Assembly: GCF_964194025.1 (NCBI RefSeq)
Contig: NC_134477.1
Location: 11,160,001 to 11,224,000, forward strand
Length of the DNA: 64,000 nucleotides
Reading direction: 5' to 3'
Origin: Convolutriloba macropyga
Taxonomy: Eukaryota
Shown piece by piece: positions 58,683-64,000 of the stretch. The notes below the pieces were generated by a model, which was not told where the DNA came from, did no database searches, and saw only the letters and a list, made by a program, of their open reading frames with translations. Numbering within the stretch: the stretch's first letter is position 1; the number at the start of each line of letters is the position of its first letter. Both the position numbers and the translations under genes were made by a program.

Positions 58683-61600
58683 CTACAACAGATTGTTGGT
58701 GTTAATTTTACCACAGAAAGAGAATAAGAGGCAACCAAGCCACTCTTGAAAATATAGTCGTATGAGTTGGTGGAAGTCTACAATATTAAATGGCTGAAAC
58801 ATTATCTTTTGTTCTTCAATATCAGAACACACACGCAAGCGTTCAGCCTCGTTTTGGAAATTCCACGCATAGAAAAATGGAGCCCAAGGTTGTTTTGAGT
58901 AGAAGGAGGGACATACTTTGTCTGAAGAGCTGTTTAACTCTCTCAGTGTTTCAGACAACCCATTTTCTGTCTCCATGATATGAACGACTTTCATTGCTGG
59001 ATCACGGAGAGATAGGAGCCCAAACACAAATCCATTAGCGGTCCTCGGTACATGAAATGTTGCTCTCATATACGGATGAATTGGTATTTCGGTGGCCTGC
59101 TGCATAGATACGGCTCGACGAACACTCGCAAAAAACTTGTAGATTCGCTCCTCTTTCAGGTTACGTTTTTGCAAGATTTCTGTCAATGAATTAGCTGTCT
59201 CTACTCTGCTTCCAACAAATGTAAGAGTGCTCAATCGGCGAACCCGACTTCCGATAACAAAGACCTGTGATGGCAGCCACAACGAATATTTTGATTTGGA
59301 GGACGAAATTGATGTGGTCATTCGTGGGAATCCGTCGCCCATCAACCTATGGCAATTCGATGCCACATAGTTGCAAAGCGGAAACTGTCGTCTGCGAACA
59401 CTACTACCGCGATAATTCACAATGAAACCTGCCTTCACGCTGACTCTCTTCAATGGCCACTGTCTGTACATCTCAGTTTCAATTGCTGGTCTGGTAACTA
59501 GATCTGGCGCAGGAGCAGCATAAAAGGCAACGGACGCTTGTGTGCATGCTGCAAAGTTTAAAACTCCAATTGATCCCTGAGAAAGCCCCGATGAGTTAGC
59601 TGTAATTCTCACAAGCCCTTTGTCATAAATCAGTAATTCATCTGGCTCTCTAACTTTATTGTTAAGAAATCTGGTTATCCAAACATCACCCAATCTCCAC
59701 ATAGTTGATCCCAGCATTCTTTTCTCATCAACTGATTTTGCCAAAAAATATTGCACGCAACTTCGACGAACATAATCAAAATGACGAGCAATACTTTCAC
59801 GTTCGGCACTTTTTTTGCCAAAAACTCGCATCACGGATGGATCGTCAATCTCATCCCATGAGGACACAAAATGGCAATTCTCCATAAACAGTTCCACGAT
59901 TCGCTCAACATCTTGTTCTGGAATAGGCCTTTGCTCCATCAGTCGAAGAAGAAGCCGCCCCTGCTGATCTTCGATTCTCACTAGATTTTCTAGGAACTTG
60001 AAGTTGAATCCGAACAGTAAGGAAGATGTGGTAAAAATCTCGCACCCAGACACTGTAGGAAGTTGACAACAGTCTCCATTTGCCAGAACGTACACGCCGC
60101 CAAAAGGTAAAAGGTTATCCTTCAATCGTTGTAGCACCTTATCCATAGCCGCCCACAATTCGCCATTAATGACACTGATCTCTTCAACCAGAAGAAATTG
60201 TAGTGTTCGCAAGTAATTCTGACGCTTTACATCCCTTGACAAGGCAATAAGTGCCTCCTGGGCTAATTCTTGGCTAGAAGTATTTCTACATGGGATATGA
60301 AACAACCGGTGGGCATGCTCACCTCCGAGTTGATTTGACCGCCGGGCAGCTAAACTTGTAATCATACAATTGAAACCGTTGTGCAAGGCAAAAGCTAAAG
60401 CAACTCGACAAAGAAAACTTTTTCCAGAACCAGGTGGTCCTAGGACAAGATCATTTTTGCAGGTTTCATTAGTGGAACCCAAATGGGACTGAAAAGAACT
60501 GACAAGATGTTGAAGTAACGCCGCTTGTTCCAATTTGATGTTTCCGATTGATGATCTGCAAAAGATATTTGTGGAATCCAAAGCAACTCATTATTTTCAC
60601 GGTTCAAATCTCCTATGTTAACCAAATTCAGTTCCTCGACATGGCTGAGAAGAGATTGCTTTACCGACAATTTGAACGCTTCCACTTCGTTGGACAAATC
60701 ATCTACAATTTCCGTTGTAAGAACAGCCGGATAATTTGGAAGAATGCCATCCTGAACACCCAATAAACGGGAAAAGGTCGTTTTAGCAGAAACAAGCTTA
60801 GCACTAAAAGTCAAAGCACCTCCTGGCAAAAAACGCAGTTCGTTATACGCGTAGCAGTGAAGCGACGATAACACATCCTCTTCAGTGTATGTTGGTTTTG
60901 CTTCTAAAATATGAGCAAACACATAAGCGCATCTCAGAGAGCCTTGATGATAAAGATCCAGTTCTGTTTCAAAGTGCCCGAAGCGTAGTAGAAAAAACAC
61001 CAAAAACTGAATTTCATTACGAGGATGAACATTTTTGAAAACAATTTCCGGAATCAATTTCCCCTCATCTATTATCCAATCGTTATCAAGCTCTACTGAG
61101 TTCAAGAATGTCAAAACTATGTTTCGCACACGAATAACTTTGAGATTTTGAGGACGTGTATCTAAGAATTGGAGTAACTGCTGTGCAGCCGCTTTACGAA
61201 GTCGTTCCCTTTTCCCAAAACAATTAATCCACGGCCAATTTTGACCAGAATTTGCTCTTTGCTCAAGGTCGCAAATACTTGGTATGTAGGCTTCAATAAC
61301 AAAGAATCGAAAATAGACCTCCACGGAGTCAATACACAGCAATTCTGGCGAGCGCAGCCCAAACACAGTAATGCGGTCATAATGCTCTTGACAATGCAAC
61401 GAATCATCAATGAGCGATTCTTGTGACACAGTTGTCGCACGGCTATCGCCCGGAGGAAACAAACGCCTTCGCAATTGAAGTACATTAGAAAGTTTTCTCG
61501 TTGTTCCGGATGAGGCGATGTAGCGGTCCTCAGGAGGTACATTTGGCACATGAATAAAAGAAAGGTTACTGAAAACGTGTGGTAATTGACATAACCAATG

Positions 61601-64000
61601 CACTCCTTCAGTAATAGACAACAAGGTACATTCAACTTTCTCAACTTGTCGTTCCCTCTTTTTGTCTGCATTTAAAAGTTGATTGACACTTGCAATTCCC
61701 CGGTTCTCGATGCCTTCATTACGCAGGCGGAAGCTTTTTCCATCAAGACTGGGCGTGATCTGTCCGCTAGCATGCTCCTCAACTTTGGTCACGTAATAAG
61801 TTAAATAAGACGAAACAAATGATCCCGTGAGGCCAAGAACATTTGTACTCGACTTTGTCACTGCGAACAAATGCGCACAAGTAGAAATGATGTGCTCGCC
61901 CTTTGAGGCTCCATACATCCACTTCTCGCATTTCATGACACCATCAGGAACTAACCAGTCTGGCATTGAGTCACAGGCAGGAGCTGCCATTCCTATCTGG
62001 GCCATGATATTCAAAGCTTCTTGAGGGTACTGGACCAAAATGGGAAGCTTCCAATGACAGTTGCTCACAGGATAGGGTGGCGTGCGACAAACTTTGTTTC
62101 CTTCAACGTCTATGCGTTTAAGGCATCTATAATTGGACTTCTCGCACTTATGTGTGTGGATCTGGATACACAAATCAAACAAATCGTTCAAGTGCTTTTC
62201 ATTTTCGATCAGTCCAATGTTAGAATTCATCACAGCCTCTAAAGCATGCCTTATATGTTTGTTTGCGCTTTGAACTGTGTCATCTAACTGAAACGAGTTT
62301 ATATCCGACCAGATGAGAATATGGTAGTGAGGCAAATTTCCAACAGTAGTCTGAAATTCCGCTCTGCCCCAAACTTTCCTCACTCGCCCCAAAATTTGTT
62401 CCTGGCAGTTCAGCAAGTGCTCAACAAGAAAACCAACGCAATGGCTCCAAGAGCGGACAATTGTTGTCATCACACTATCCACTGCTGCTTTTTTTTACTT
62501 CATCACTGCTATTGTGAAAATGGGTATTTAGTTGGGCCATAATGCTACTAATACCTGGAAACTGCTTTTGGTTACAAGTAATTGTTAAAAACAACGATGG
62601 GGCTTCAGTAGCAACAGCTGCCGCTAGTTCTTTCACACAGCGTTCTGAATCGTTTGTCTGAAAAGACACTTCCCGGAAAAATAATGGCGACTTCTCTCCA
62701 TTGATTTCCAAAGACTGTAGGCCTTTTCTAAAAAAGGTTTGCGAGTGGTGTTTTCCAAGGGAGCAGTTAATGAGGAAATCGACGGCTTATTGAATATAGG
62801 GAATTGATGACGATGTCAGAAGAGCAATATCAGTGATTCTGGTTAAAAAGTGATTAAGCATGTCTTCGAAACCCAATCGAGCACATTCTGACGACAACGA
62901 ATACAAAAAATGCGGAATTGCACCAGGGAAGGAACCATCTTCCATCTGGTGGTAAAATATAGCCGGGAAAAGAAGAGCCTCAGGTTGCACCAATGAAATA
63001 GAACACATAGGCATTTTTGCTGTTAACGTCTGCAAGAAACGTTTTACTCGTGTTGTTGTGTCAACTGGGTTTTTCGGACGATTGATCACAGCCAAAAAGC
63101 TATTGAACAGCGCCTGTATTGGAATTGAGTCCAAATCTTTTGAGGGGTTGCTCAATTCAACAGGAGATGACAATACTCCTGCGTCTGTATCAGCTTCCAC
63201 ACCTAACACATCAGAAGCGTGTATTGGCGGTTCGAAAGTTACGTTATCATTCTCACAATACCCATCATATTCAAACAAAGTCATTCGATTGTACAGAACC
63301 TTTTAGTGCCAGCGAGACATCACGTTTATGTTGGCGGTGCCACTGAACTAGAATACATGTGAAGTCAACTAGATTGTCAAGATCGAGAAAATCTGAACGA
63401 TTAGAACTAAGAGCGCAACAAATAAAAGAGCCATTGAAATTGTTCAGGGCTTTAACGAGGTTTTCTACGCTGTAAACAAAACAAAATTCAGCAAGTTTTC
63501 CGAATACAGAAAGAAACAAAGTTGACAAAATACAAGTACTCTGTATAAAAAGAGACTCACACATTGCCCTGCAATTGACCATTGTTCCACTTAGCAAAAA
63601 TTTCGCTATTCTTCTACTTGCAGACGATTGCGTTAAGTTCGTAATAGATCGATTCAAACAATCTATGTTTCGTAATATAAGCCAAAAACATGCGCAACCA
63701 TGGTATTTAGTCCACAGACATTTTTCGGGAAGAACAAGTTGTTTGGCAGTTGACTGGTTTGCATGTTGCAGAACTGGCGGAACAATAACAACTTCTGCAC
63801 TAGAATTATCCAATTGGGTCTTCAGCGATACAATTGCATTCAGCGACACGTACGATGATCCAATTAAAAATCGTCATAGTTGCTCGGAATCTCCCAGTCC
63901 GTACACTTCAGTTCGTCAATGAATTTACTGCCCAGGTGATACTCGTCGGCAATTCTTGAAAGGTTCTCGAACATATCCTTTCGTTTCCTTAAGAAAATGA
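58683..64000 (-). mobile_element. Helitron-like rolling-circle element, Rep(HUH-Y2)/PIF1 helicase with a C-terminal GIY-YIG-like domain; disrupted and running off the window end
   Basis: Rep motif 1 PSLFLTITCN, motif 2 EFQTTVGNLPHYH (HUH at 62321-62329), HTHKC..C..CR, motif 3 YLTYYVTK (about 61784-61807). PIF1 motifs GPPGSGKS (about 60417-60440), LLVEEIS, PFGG...GDCCQLP, RRQFPL, QVFVIGSR. Five ORF-track fragments plus a 5' frame join via four 1-nt frameshifts and one TAA. Confidence 0.9.

Noticed and set aside
60548-63922. Plus-strand and alternate-frame ORFs overlapping RepHel (likewise those overlapping dynein exons and gag)
   Set aside because: Shadow frames of real coding sequence

Overview
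AT-rich eukaryotic (metazoan-type) genomic DNA with spliceosomal introns and two assembly gaps. The ORF track is mostly noise and misses most real exons. Main content: (1) The 3' part of an axonemal inner-arm dynein heavy chain gene (DNAH7-like) on the minus strand. I joined 14 GT-AG exons (50215 down to 21512) in frame into 746 aa; the upstream exons were not found in the window. (2) A plus-strand pair of small secreted-peptide precursor genes at about 0.14-2.0 kb and 13.2-14.9 kb, with a conserved signal-peptide exon and unrelated downstream exons. (3) A dense set of rolling-circle (Helitron-like) elements: a disrupted Rep/PIF1-helicase element with a C-terminal GIY-YIG-like domain at 58.7-64 kb, three multi-kb Helentron-type non-autonomous elements (HINE/DINE-1 architecture), and a canonical 342-bp TC...CTAG Helitron carrying a tRNA-like head. 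(4) A truncated BEL/Pao-type LTR retrotransposon, a non-LTR retrotransposon 5' fragment with a 2A-like motif, and several MITE/foldback families. All coordinates and alignments were made by eye; no database search was run.
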